From Candidatus Saccharimonadales bacterium (GTDB lineage: Bacteria; Patescibacteriota; Saccharimonadia; Saccharimonadales; 2-12-FULL-41-12): a stretch of DNA of 24,000 bases. A model generated the notes under the pieces. The model searched no databases and was not told where the DNA came from. It saw nothing but the letters and a program-made list of their open reading frames with translations. The stretch lies in the NCBI GenBank assembly GCA_036276695.1, contig DASUOI010000035.1, positions 1-24,000 of the forward strand, given 5' to 3'. Both the position numbers and the translations under genes were made by a program. Positions 8,041 to 14,196 of this stretch are shown in pieces. Every line of letters starts with the position of its first letter. The first letter of the stretch is position 1.

Positions 8041-8821
8041 CGCTTTCTTCTTTGCTAACCTTATATGCTGACTCGACTATACCGGAAAATTTCTTGTAGT
8101 TCAGGCTGGCTCCGCCAACCAAGACCCCATCGCAACCTTCTATTGATAAATAACCGCCGACAGTATTGTCATCTACGCTGCCTCCATAGAGAACCCTTAC
8201 TTTTTCAGCCGTTTTCTCGCCGTGTAAATGCTTTATTTGGTCTCTGATAAATTTAATGACTTTTTCGATATCGTCCGGTTTTGCCACGCCGCCGCCGAAA
8301 GTGCTGATTGCCCAAACTGGTTCGTAAGCAACCACGATATTTTCTACTTCTTCGGCCGTTAAATTATGGATGGCGCTAGTAAGCTGGTCATGGATAACCT
8401 GGTTGGTCTCGCCATCAACTCTTTCCGTGTGAGTTTCTCCAATACAAAGAATCGGTGTGATTTTATTGCGAATAGCCGCCGAGACTTTATCTCTTATCAA
8501 CTCCAGGCTTTCATTAAAATAAAGTCTTCGTTCCGAATGTCCGATTATGCAGTAATGCACTAAATCATGGAGCATAGTGAAAGAAACTTCCCCGGTATAA
8601 GCGCCTTCGTCTTTGAAATAGGCGTCCTGCGCAGCTAAACGGAATTTACGACGATTAATCTGGATGCTTATAGGTTGAAGAACCAGCATATTGGGCGCTA
8701 AAACAACCTCCACGCTTTTATGCGACTCTATGTGCTGGTCAAGACGATCCACTAGTAAGCTAGCCTGATGAACGTTATTGTTCATCTTCCAGTTGCCCAC
8801 TACTAAAAATTCTCTACTCAT
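8024..8821 (-). CDS. tpiA: Triose-phosphate isomerase
   Basis: 'VVGNWKMN', 'IIGHSERR', 'CIGE', 'VAYEPVWAI' and 'LYGGSV' motifs. There is a short Lys-rich C-terminal extension. Confidence 0.9.
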   Translation of the reverse strand: MSREFLVVGNWKMNNNVHQASLLVDRLDQHIESHKSVEVVLAPNMLVLQPISIQINRRKFRLAAQDAYFKDEGAYTGEVSFTMLHDLVHYCIIGHSERRLYFNESLELIRDKVSAAIRNKITPILCIGETHTERVDGETNQVIHDQLTSAIHNLTAEEVENIVVAYEPVWAISTFGGGVAKPDDIEKVIKFIRDQIKHLHGEKTAEKVRVLYGGSVDDNTVGGYLSIEGCDGVLVGGASLNYKKFSGIVESAYKVSKEESGGKKK

Positions 8822-8909
8822 AATCCTTATGGATAAGTATACCTAAATCTAAAATCAGAAGCCAGAAATCACCTAAGTAGCTCCCGTACTCTCAGGTGGC
8901 CTGCTATAG

Positions 8910-9094
8910 CACTAAGCCAAAGCTTCACCCAACTGCCAGACTGTCTTTACTGTCTCATTGTCAAAAAGCACAATGCTCGGGCAACTCTCTATCGTTCAAA
9001 CACTCCCTCGCTCCGCCTACCGGCGGATTATTGTGCTTTTGACACTCGCCAGTCAGGACAGTCAGCAATGTTGGCTAAGCTCTTTGGCTTGGTG
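8910..9094. other. 185-nt long imperfect hairpin in the tpiA-pgk spacer (candidate ncRNA or MITE-like palindrome)
   Basis: A 13-bp outer helix pairs 8910-8922 (cactaagccaaag) with 9082-9094 (ctttggcttggtg). An inner 15-bp helix pairs 8959-8974 (tgtcaaaaagcacaat) with 9030-9044 (attgtgcttttgaca). Between them gactgtc pairs with gacagtc and ccaac pairs with gttgg. Confidence 0.6.
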
Positions 9095-9125
9095 CCTCCC
9101 TGGAAGTCTGAACCAGCGCCGGAAG

Positions 9126-9275
9126 AAGCCAAAACACTACCGAACATTGTGAGCTATCCTGATAAGTGAAGTGTCAAACTGACAATTCAAGGCTTAAAAG
9201 CTGTTTTTTAAGCCATTGTCAGGCTTGACGACGAAGCTTATCAAGATAGTGAGCAGTTCCGGTAGTGTTTGGTTT
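9126..9275. other. 150-nt long imperfect hairpin in the tpiA-pgk spacer (second copy or relative of the element at 8910-9094)
   Basis: A basal helix of about 20 bp pairs 9129-9145 (ccaaaacactaccgaac) with 9256-9272 (gttccggtagtgtttgg). Further in, gataag pairs with cttatc and gtcaa...acaat pairs with attgt...ttgac. The apical stem pairs ggcttaaaa (9191-9199) with ttttaagcc (9206-9214). Confidence 0.6.
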
Positions 9276-9299
9276 GTTTCGCGGTGAGATAGTAAGTGG

Positions 9300-10592
9300 T
9301 TAGGCGTCAAGGAGGGCTTCGACGCCGGGCAGCTTCTTGCCGCTCAAAAGGTCCATACTGGCTCCGCCGCCGGTAGACACATGGTGGAAGCTTTCAGTCA
9401 GGCCATTAGCTTCTATGTACCCGACTGTGTCTCCGCCGCCCACGATAACTTGCGGCCGGTAGCCGTATTGCCCCATCATTGCGTCTACTAATAAGTTTGT
9501 CCCATGTTCGAACGGTCCTGATTTAGCGCCGTTTTTAGGCTCTATTTCAGTAACTCCTAATGAACCGTTCCATATGACCGTTTCCACCAGCTGAAGGGCG
9601 CCGGCAATAAACGAGCTGGAAAACGGGCCGATATCTAATATTTTTTCATCTTTTTGGACTTTTCTAGTTTCTTCTGCCGGGCGGTCTGGATAACTTTGGA
9701 TAGAGGCGATCTGGTTAGTGCCCCAACCAACAATCCGGGTTTTCGCTTGCGGGCTTATTTCTTTTGCCACCACTCCGTCCTCGGGTATATAAAAAACAAA
9801 GTTGCCTTTCCGAGCTTTTTCCTTGGCTTTAGCTATAATTTTCTTCGCTTCTTCGACTTCTTCGCCACGTTCAACCAAGCTGTCGCCAACATCTATACCC
9901 TCAGCCAGTAAGAAGGTATTGCTCATAGCACCACCTATGACTACGATTTCAGCAAGCTTTATAAACCTATTTAAAACGTCTATTTTGTCGCTGATCTTCG
10001 CACCGCCGATTACCGCCATAAGCGGCCGTCGGGGTTGGTGCATTGCTTGGGTAATTGTTATAGCTTCGTTCTCAACAAGCATCCCGGAAACACTTGGCAG
10101 CTCTTTGGTTATAGCCGCAGTGCTGGCATGTTTCCTGTGGACTACACCAAAACCATCTTGTACAAATACATCTATCCCTTTTGCCAGCTGCTTAGCAAAA
10201 TCTTTGTCATTAGCCTTTTCCTCTGGATAATAGCGAAGATTTTCCAGCAACAGGATTTCGCCATTATCCATGTTTTCTATAATTTTATCGCGCTCTTCGC
10301 CTACGCAATCCGGGAAAAATTCTACTTTATGTCTAAGTATCTGGCTCAGTCTTTCAGCTATGGGTTTGAGCGAAAACTCTCCCTGGCCTTTTTCTTTCGG
10401 GCGGCCAAGGTGGGAGCAAATGACAATCTTGCATTTTTTTCTGAGCAAATATTGTATGGTCGGCAAGGTCTGGGTAATTCTAAAGTCGGATTTAATCTCA
10501 CCGTCTTCTATAGGTATGCTGTAGTCAACCCTCAGTAAAACGGTTTTATTGCGCAAATTAATATCGCGAATAGTCTTTTTATGAAACTGCAT
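9300..10592 (-). CDS. pgk: Phosphoglycerate kinase
   Basis: 'LRVDYSIP...DFRI', 'HLGRPKEK', 'GGAKISDKI' and 'GGGDT...STGGGASMDLL'. At 430 aa it is longer than the usual length of about 395 aa. A GGAG lies 6 nt upstream of the ATG. Confidence 0.92.
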   Translation of the reverse strand: MQFHKKTIRDINLRNKTVLLRVDYSIPIEDGEIKSDFRITQTLPTIQYLLRKKCKIVICSHLGRPKEKGQGEFSLKPIAERLSQILRHKVEFFPDCVGEERDKIIENMDNGEILLLENLRYYPEEKANDKDFAKQLAKGIDVFVQDGFGVVHRKHASTAAITKELPSVSGMLVENEAITITQAMHQPRRPLMAVIGGAKISDKIDVLNRFIKLAEIVVIGGAMSNTFLLAEGIDVGDSLVERGEEVEEAKKIIAKAKEKARKGNFVFYIPEDGVVAKEISPQAKTRIVGWGTNQIASIQSYPDRPAEETRKVQKDEKILDIGPFSSSFIAGALQLVETVIWNGSLGVTEIEPKNGAKSGPFEHGTNLLVDAMMGQYGYRPQVIVGGGDTVGYIEANGLTESFHHVSTGGGASMDLLSGKKLPGVEALLDA

Positions 10593-10679
10593 TCATTCTC
10601 CGCTAAGTTTTTGCAATACCCACTAAGATTTATAGATTACCATAGGCAAGCTAAACTCACAATCTCGTATATAGGCTGT

Positions 10680-11258
10680 TCAAGGCCTAGGCCGTCCAGA
10701 GACAAAAGAGTTGCCTTCTATCCAGAACCGCCAAGGTTTTTCTTGGGCTTTAGATATGCCTATCCTAGGACCAAATGCTATCTTAACCCCCTTCGACTCA
10801 GCTTTGTTCAAATAAAGCTTGCCTTTATAGAGCGGTTTGCCGTAATCGGCTTTTGATATACCCATAGCTTGAACTAATTTTGCCGGCCCATTCGCGAGAT
10901 TCAGGACGTCTTGCTTATTGCGCCTCTTTTTCATTAGCTCAATCCCTTGGGTGGGTTCCAGGGCCCGGATTAGAACTCCGGCGCCTATGCCTTCTGGTTC
11001 CGCAACTATGTTGAAACACCAATGTATACCGTAAGTAAAATAAACATATACATGGCCGGACGGTCCGAACATTACTTCATTGCGCTTAGAACGGTACTTG
11101 TAGCTATGGCTGGCTTCATCCGTTTCGTGATAACTTTCGGTCTCTACGATTATTCCTGCCGTAGTGCCTTCCGAGCTTTCATGGACCAGCTCGCAACCTA
11201 ATAAGGTATTGGCTAGCTCTTCAACTTTTTTATTTTCAAAAAAAGATTTAAGCAACAT
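10680..11258 (-). CDS. mpg: DNA-3-methyladenine glycosylase (AAG/MPG family)
   Basis: 'IVETESYHETDEASHSY', 'GHVYVYFTYGIHWCFNIV' and 'VLIRALEP' are characteristic of the MPG/AAG family. 192 aa. Confidence 0.85.
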   Translation of the reverse strand: MLLKSFFENKKVEELANTLLGCELVHESSEGTTAGIIVETESYHETDEASHSYKYRSKRNEVMFGPSGHVYVYFTYGIHWCFNIVAEPEGIGAGVLIRALEPTQGIELMKKRRNKQDVLNLANGPAKLVQAMGISKADYGKPLYKGKLYLNKAESKGVKIAFGPRIGISKAQEKPWRFWIEGNSFVSGRPRP

Positions 11259-11276
11259 AGCTCTATTTTACAATTT

Positions 11277-11307
11277 AAAAAAGCCCAGCCGGAAGCTGGA
11301 CTTTTTT
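11277..11307 (-). terminator. Rho-independent-type hairpin downstream of the tRNA-Glu 3' fragment
   Basis: The stem pairs agcccagc (11282-11289) with gctggact (11295-11302), with one C-A mismatch, and is flanked by A and T runs. On the minus strand the stem is followed by tttttt. Confidence 0.5.
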
Positions 11308-11308
11308 A

Positions 11309-11329
11309 TGGTGACCCCAAGGGGAATCG
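11309..11329 (-). repeat. 21-nt exact duplicate of the 3' end of tRNA-Glu (T-loop half + acceptor 3' strand + CCA)
   Basis: tggtgaccccaaggggaatcg at 11309-11329 is identical to 11442-11462. The flanking sequence does not fold into a cloverleaf. Confidence 0.7.
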
Positions 11330-11408
11330 CTTTTGTCGATGAATCTCCAAAAGTGCCGGGGAATGCACCATATGGCATTCCCGTTCGATTCTCATAAAAT
11401 CATGCACG

Positions 11409-11434
11409 AAAAAAGCCTAGCAAAAAGCTAGACT
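11409..11434 (-). terminator. Rho-independent terminator of tRNA-Glu
   Basis: The stem pairs agcctagc (11414-11421) with gctagact (11427-11434). It has the same architecture and the same C-A mismatch as the hairpin at 11282-11302. On the minus strand it is followed by a U-run (plus-strand A-run at 11409-11413). Confidence 0.55.
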
Positions 11435-11441
11435 CTTTTCG

Positions 11442-11516
11442 TGGTGACCCCAAGGGGAATCGAACCCCTATTGCCAGGATGAAAACCTGGTGTCCTAGCC
11501 GTTAGACGATGGGGCC
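11442..11516 (-). tRNA. tRNA-Glu (anticodon UUC), 75 nt, CCA encoded
   Basis: Hand-folded cloverleaf: GGCCCCA UC GUCU AACGGCUA GGAC A CCAGG UUUUCAU CCUGG CAAU AGGGG UUCGAUU CCCCU UGGGGUC A CCA. All four stems pair, with G2-U71 and U13-G22 wobbles. The anticodon loop positions 34-36 read UUC. Confidence 0.9.
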
Positions 11517-11558
11517 GTGTAACGGATTTATTAACTTGTAAATTCTATCATAACAGAG

Positions 11559-11602
11559 GTAAAAAAACAAAATAACCCGCCTCCTCACGAGTGCGGGTTA
11601 TT
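11559..11602 (-). terminator. Rho-independent terminator ending the surface-protein transcription unit
   Basis: A 10-bp stem pairs aataacccgc (11571-11580) with gcgggttatt (11593-11602). An inner ctc/gag pairing extends it. On the minus strand it is followed by ttttgttttttt. Confidence 0.65.
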
Positions 11603-11712
11603 AGTTTACTTTTGTTTATTTTAGTTCTTGAGCGGTCAGTCAATGCTCTCTCTAAACTGTCTTAAATGTAGCACATTTTCGACATCTTGACCAGTGGTTA
11701 TCCACAGGTCTC

Positions 11713-12486
11713 TTAGGACTGACGTCGGGCGAATAAGCGGTGTAGTAACGCGCTTATAGAACTGACACCTAAGAAGGTTGTGAAGACTGCTGCTGGACCT
11801 GTGTTAGGTAGAGACTTAGGCTTCTGAGGGGGTTGTTCCTTAGGAGGTTGAGGGTTACATTCGTCTCCTGGAGTCTCAGGGTTATCTACGCATGGATTAC
11901 ATTCGTCTTCCGGAGTTTCTGGGTTATCTTCACAAGGTGGCTTTTGCGGACAATTTATCTTTGCTTTGAACTGTACGAAGCGCTTTTGGTTTATAGATAC
12001 ACCTATGTCGCCTATATGTACACCGGAACCTTCAGTAACGTCTGAAATGTTTTTAATGAAGTTACTGTTATGGTCAAGTAGTTCGCTACTTCCTGATATG
12101 TAGGTAAGTTTCTGAGGTGAAGAGATGTTAACTGTTGCCGTATCAGAAGTATTTGTAGGCTGAGCGTTAGACGCACGGACAGTTACTATAGATACGTTCT
12201 TTGCAACGGCTTCGGTCCCAAAAGTAGCCTGAACCGTTACATTTTTTAGGGTTTCGGTAGGGCCCGGGTTATGAATCCGTACCTTGTACAGAATTGTGTC
12301 GCAGGGCTCCGCGCTTATTGGGTCACCTAATGAAGTGTTCTTCGTTAGGTTCTTCCCGTAGTATATGTCTCCACCCTCGATTGACGGAGGTACCGTCGCT
12401 CCAGCTGAACCAACTAAACTTGTTAGGGCCAGGACCATCACAGCTGATGCTGTTACTAGGCTTGTTGCTATTTTTTTGATACTCAT
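11713..12486 (-). CDS. LPXTG (LPNTG) cell-wall-anchored surface protein with a DUF11/CARDB-like beta-sandwich region
   Basis: It has a signal peptide, 'MSIKKIATSLVTASAVMVLALTSLVGSAGA'. 'CDTILYKVRIHNPGPTETLKNVTVQATF' resembles DUF11-type repeats. The C-terminus 'LPNTGPAAVFTTFLGVSSISALLHRLFARRQS' is a sortase motif plus hydrophobic helix plus basic tail. Confidence 0.8.
   Translation of the reverse strand: MSIKKIATSLVTASAVMVLALTSLVGSAGATVPPSIEGGDIYYGKNLTKNTSLGDPISAEPCDTILYKVRIHNPGPTETLKNVTVQATFGTEAVAKNVSIVTVRASNAQPTNTSDTATVNISSPQKLTYISGSSELLDHNSNFIKNISDVTEGSGVHIGDIGVSINQKRFVQFKAKINCPQKPPCEDNPETPEDECNPCVDNPETPGDECNPQPPKEQPPQKPKSLPNTGPAAVFTTFLGVSSISALLHRLFARRQS
11851..11934 (-). repeat. Tandem 2 x 42-nt coding repeat (14-aa unit C-x-DNPETP-x-DECNP)
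   Basis: The units 11851-11892 and 11893-11934 are adjacent and near-identical. They encode 'CEDNPETPEDECNP' and 'CVDNPETPGDECNP' in the stalk preceding the LPNTG signal. Confidence 0.8.
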
Positions 12487-12511
12487 TTTAAATATTACCT
12501 TTCCCCGCCCT

Positions 12512-14053
12512 TTATAATTGATTCGGGATAACTGGGAAGTTATCCATTACTTGTGACTCGCCTCCGCGACCGTCAGATAGTTCAGCGCTTGCTGTTACCT
12601 GCATAGGTTCTGAAGGAGCTCTCCATCGTACACATTGAGTCTCACCGTTTGAACCAGGCATAGTGAATACACCGCCATTAGTATCGCTATTAAGGATTTG
12701 TCCTACGTCTTGACCGCTTGTGTTCTCGAAGTCAAAATTACGAGCTGTTACAGCGTCACCATCTGGGTCTGATATACCGTCTACACATACAGGGCCTTCT
12801 GAATTAGGATATCTGTGCTGAGGAGGAGTCATTACGCCTGTAGGAGGGTTGTTTTCAGGCTCAGGGTTAGGTCCAGGAGGTTTTTCGCCGGGGCCACAAT
12901 TTACACTTACTTGCTGGTCTACCTGGGTACTAGTACTTGTATTAGCAGCAGCTCCTACAAAAGCGTTAAATTTTCCTCTGAACGCAGCGCGAAGGTCGGT
13001 AACGGTTGCACCGTTTCCTCTTGTCAATTCAGACCTAGTGATTACAACGCCTCTTCCGCTGGCTTTAAGTCTAGCGGCAGCTGCGGCTAAGCCTTGAGCA
13101 TATGCACTTGAGTTTATATTAGCGCTGAAAGTAGAACCGTCAGGACATGTTACGGTAGTAGAAGATGTACTTTGTGACCTGGATTCAGATTCAGCTTCAG
13201 CTTTCAGTTTAGCTGCTATACCTGCAGTTACATCTATAGAAAAGTCTTTACTCTGAGGCTTACGAGGTGGTCGTTTTGGAGTTCGCTTAATAGTCTGCGC
13301 TCCACATTCACCACGAAGAGCAGCATCTTTAACTCTCCACATTCCTTTGTGCTTTCCTTTTTTGATAAGCGCAAATTTCTCTTTTAGATGTCCTGGGATT
13401 TTCTTCAGAGCGTAACGGAAACCAACAGACTTAGAATGTACGTTAGCTATATCGACTGATTCGCAGCCATTAGCACCTGTGCTAGTTTTCCATTGACCAT
13501 TACGGGCACGGAATCTAGATATGACTGTAACGTTTCCAGGAGTAAGATACCTATCCCTGGCACGATCTGACTTTAAGCCAAGGGCTTCAGCCATACCGTC
13601 TCGTACAGGGTCGCAATCGCCACCGTTCTTTAGACGGAAGTTAACGTATTTTTCCATGTCCTTAGTTTTAGTAATTTTCGGACCGAATAATCCAAGGCTT
13701 CCTTCTGCAGAAGCTGGTTTAACGAGCTCTTTAGCTCCCATAATAGTAAGGCTAGCGGCAAGTAGAGCTACGCCTGTGCGTATACCGTTGCCTTTGGTTT
13801 TAGTTTTAGCTTCGCTGCCTTCAGCTACTGTTGTAGCTTTAGCACCCTCTGCTTGCGCAGCGGCTACTTGAGGTTCTGCACCCTCAGCCTGGCCTTGAGC
13901 CATATCTACACCAGCGGCTTCAGCTGCCGGGTCAACCATAGCTTGTTCAGCGCCAGCGACTTCAGGCATTAAACCTGCGCCTAACTCTGGTCTTTTCTCT
14001 ATTTCTAAACCCGGATTCATTGCTCCAGGTGTAATAGTTGCTGTTCCACTCAT
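12512..14053 (-). CDS. Hypothetical signal-anchored extracellular protein (513 aa) sharing a Cys-framed module with the 15168-16112 product
   Basis: About 90 aa of A/E/G/Q-rich N-terminus are followed by a TM segment, 'GIRTGVALLAASLTIMGA'. The central part has 'W-x-VK...R-x-CG', 'CPDGS', 'AQGLA' and 'NCGP' landmarks, then a Pro/Glu linker. The C-terminal domain of about 95 aa contains 'DPDGD'. There is no LPXTG. Confidence 0.7.
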   Translation of the reverse strand: MSGTATITPGAMNPGLEIEKRPELGAGLMPEVAGAEQAMVDPAAEAAGVDMAQGQAEGAEPQVAAAQAEGAKATTVAEGSEAKTKTKGNGIRTGVALLAASLTIMGAKELVKPASAEGSLGLFGPKITKTKDMEKYVNFRLKNGGDCDPVRDGMAEALGLKSDRARDRYLTPGNVTVISRFRARNGQWKTSTGANGCESVDIANVHSKSVGFRYALKKIPGHLKEKFALIKKGKHKGMWRVKDAALRGECGAQTIKRTPKRPPRKPQSKDFSIDVTAGIAAKLKAEAESESRSQSTSSTTVTCPDGSTFSANINSSAYAQGLAAAAARLKASGRGVVITRSELTRGNGATVTDLRAAFRGKFNAFVGAAANTSTSTQVDQQVSVNCGPGEKPPGPNPEPENNPPTGVMTPPQHRYPNSEGPVCVDGISDPDGDAVTARNFDFENTSGQDVGQILNSDTNGGVFTMPGSNGETQCVRWRAPSEPMQVTASAELSDGRGGESQVMDNFPVIPNQL

Positions 14054-14119
14054 AATTATATTCTTCTCCCTATTAAACTTTCTCCCACCGTCTGCCTAAA
14101 AACAGAGATGTTACTATGC

Positions 14120-14148
14120 ATATTATCATAACCGTTCTCTTTTGTCAA
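14120..14148 (-). promoter_or_regulatory. Sigma70-like promoter TTGACA-17-TAATAT for the 12512-14053 / 11713-12486 unit
   Basis: On the minus strand ttgaca is at 14148-14143, followed by a 17-nt spacer and taatat at 14125-14120. An A/T-rich 'attataaaat' lies upstream. A leader of about 60 nt contains GGGAG before ATG 14053. Confidence 0.55.
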
Positions 14149-14196
14149 TAGTATTTTATAATAATACTTTTTATGCTTACCCAGTGTTTTTCTAGA

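Noticed and set aside
8958-9152. 64-aa ORF in the tpiA-pgk spacer
   Set aside because: It has no SD or promoter geometry. It spans the arms of both long hairpins, so its 'codons' are constrained by base pairing, and the product has no recognisable features.
8822-9299. RNase P RNA, tmRNA or SRP RNA identity for the tpiA-pgk spacer
   Set aside because: I could not find the conserved GGAAAGUCC / ACAGAACCCGGCUUA blocks of RNase P. I also found no tRNA-like 3' end for tmRNA. For SRP, no GGAA tetraloop with the flanking AGG/AGCA symmetric loop is present. 'ccggaagaagcc' at 9119-9130 only superficially resembles the SRP domain IV motif.
9654-10538. Several plus-strand ORFs (9654-9911, 9802-10230, 10035-10538, 10270-10524) antisense to pgk
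   Set aside because: All are nested in the strongly supported pgk CDS. Their Ser/Phe/Leu-rich translations are characteristic of antisense frames.
11309-11395. A possible second tRNA gene next to tRNA-Glu
   Set aside because: Only the last 21 nt match a tRNA. Upstream sequence gives no T-stem partner ('caaaagcgatt' instead of 'AGGGGttcgatt'), no acceptor 5' strand, and hairpins with 8-nt and 12-nt loops. It is not a cloverleaf.
11164-11397. 77-aa plus-strand ORF spanning the mpg start and the tRNA-fragment region
   Set aside because: It overlaps the mpg 5' end in antisense and runs through a terminator hairpin and the tRNA 3' repeat, so it is not credible as coding.
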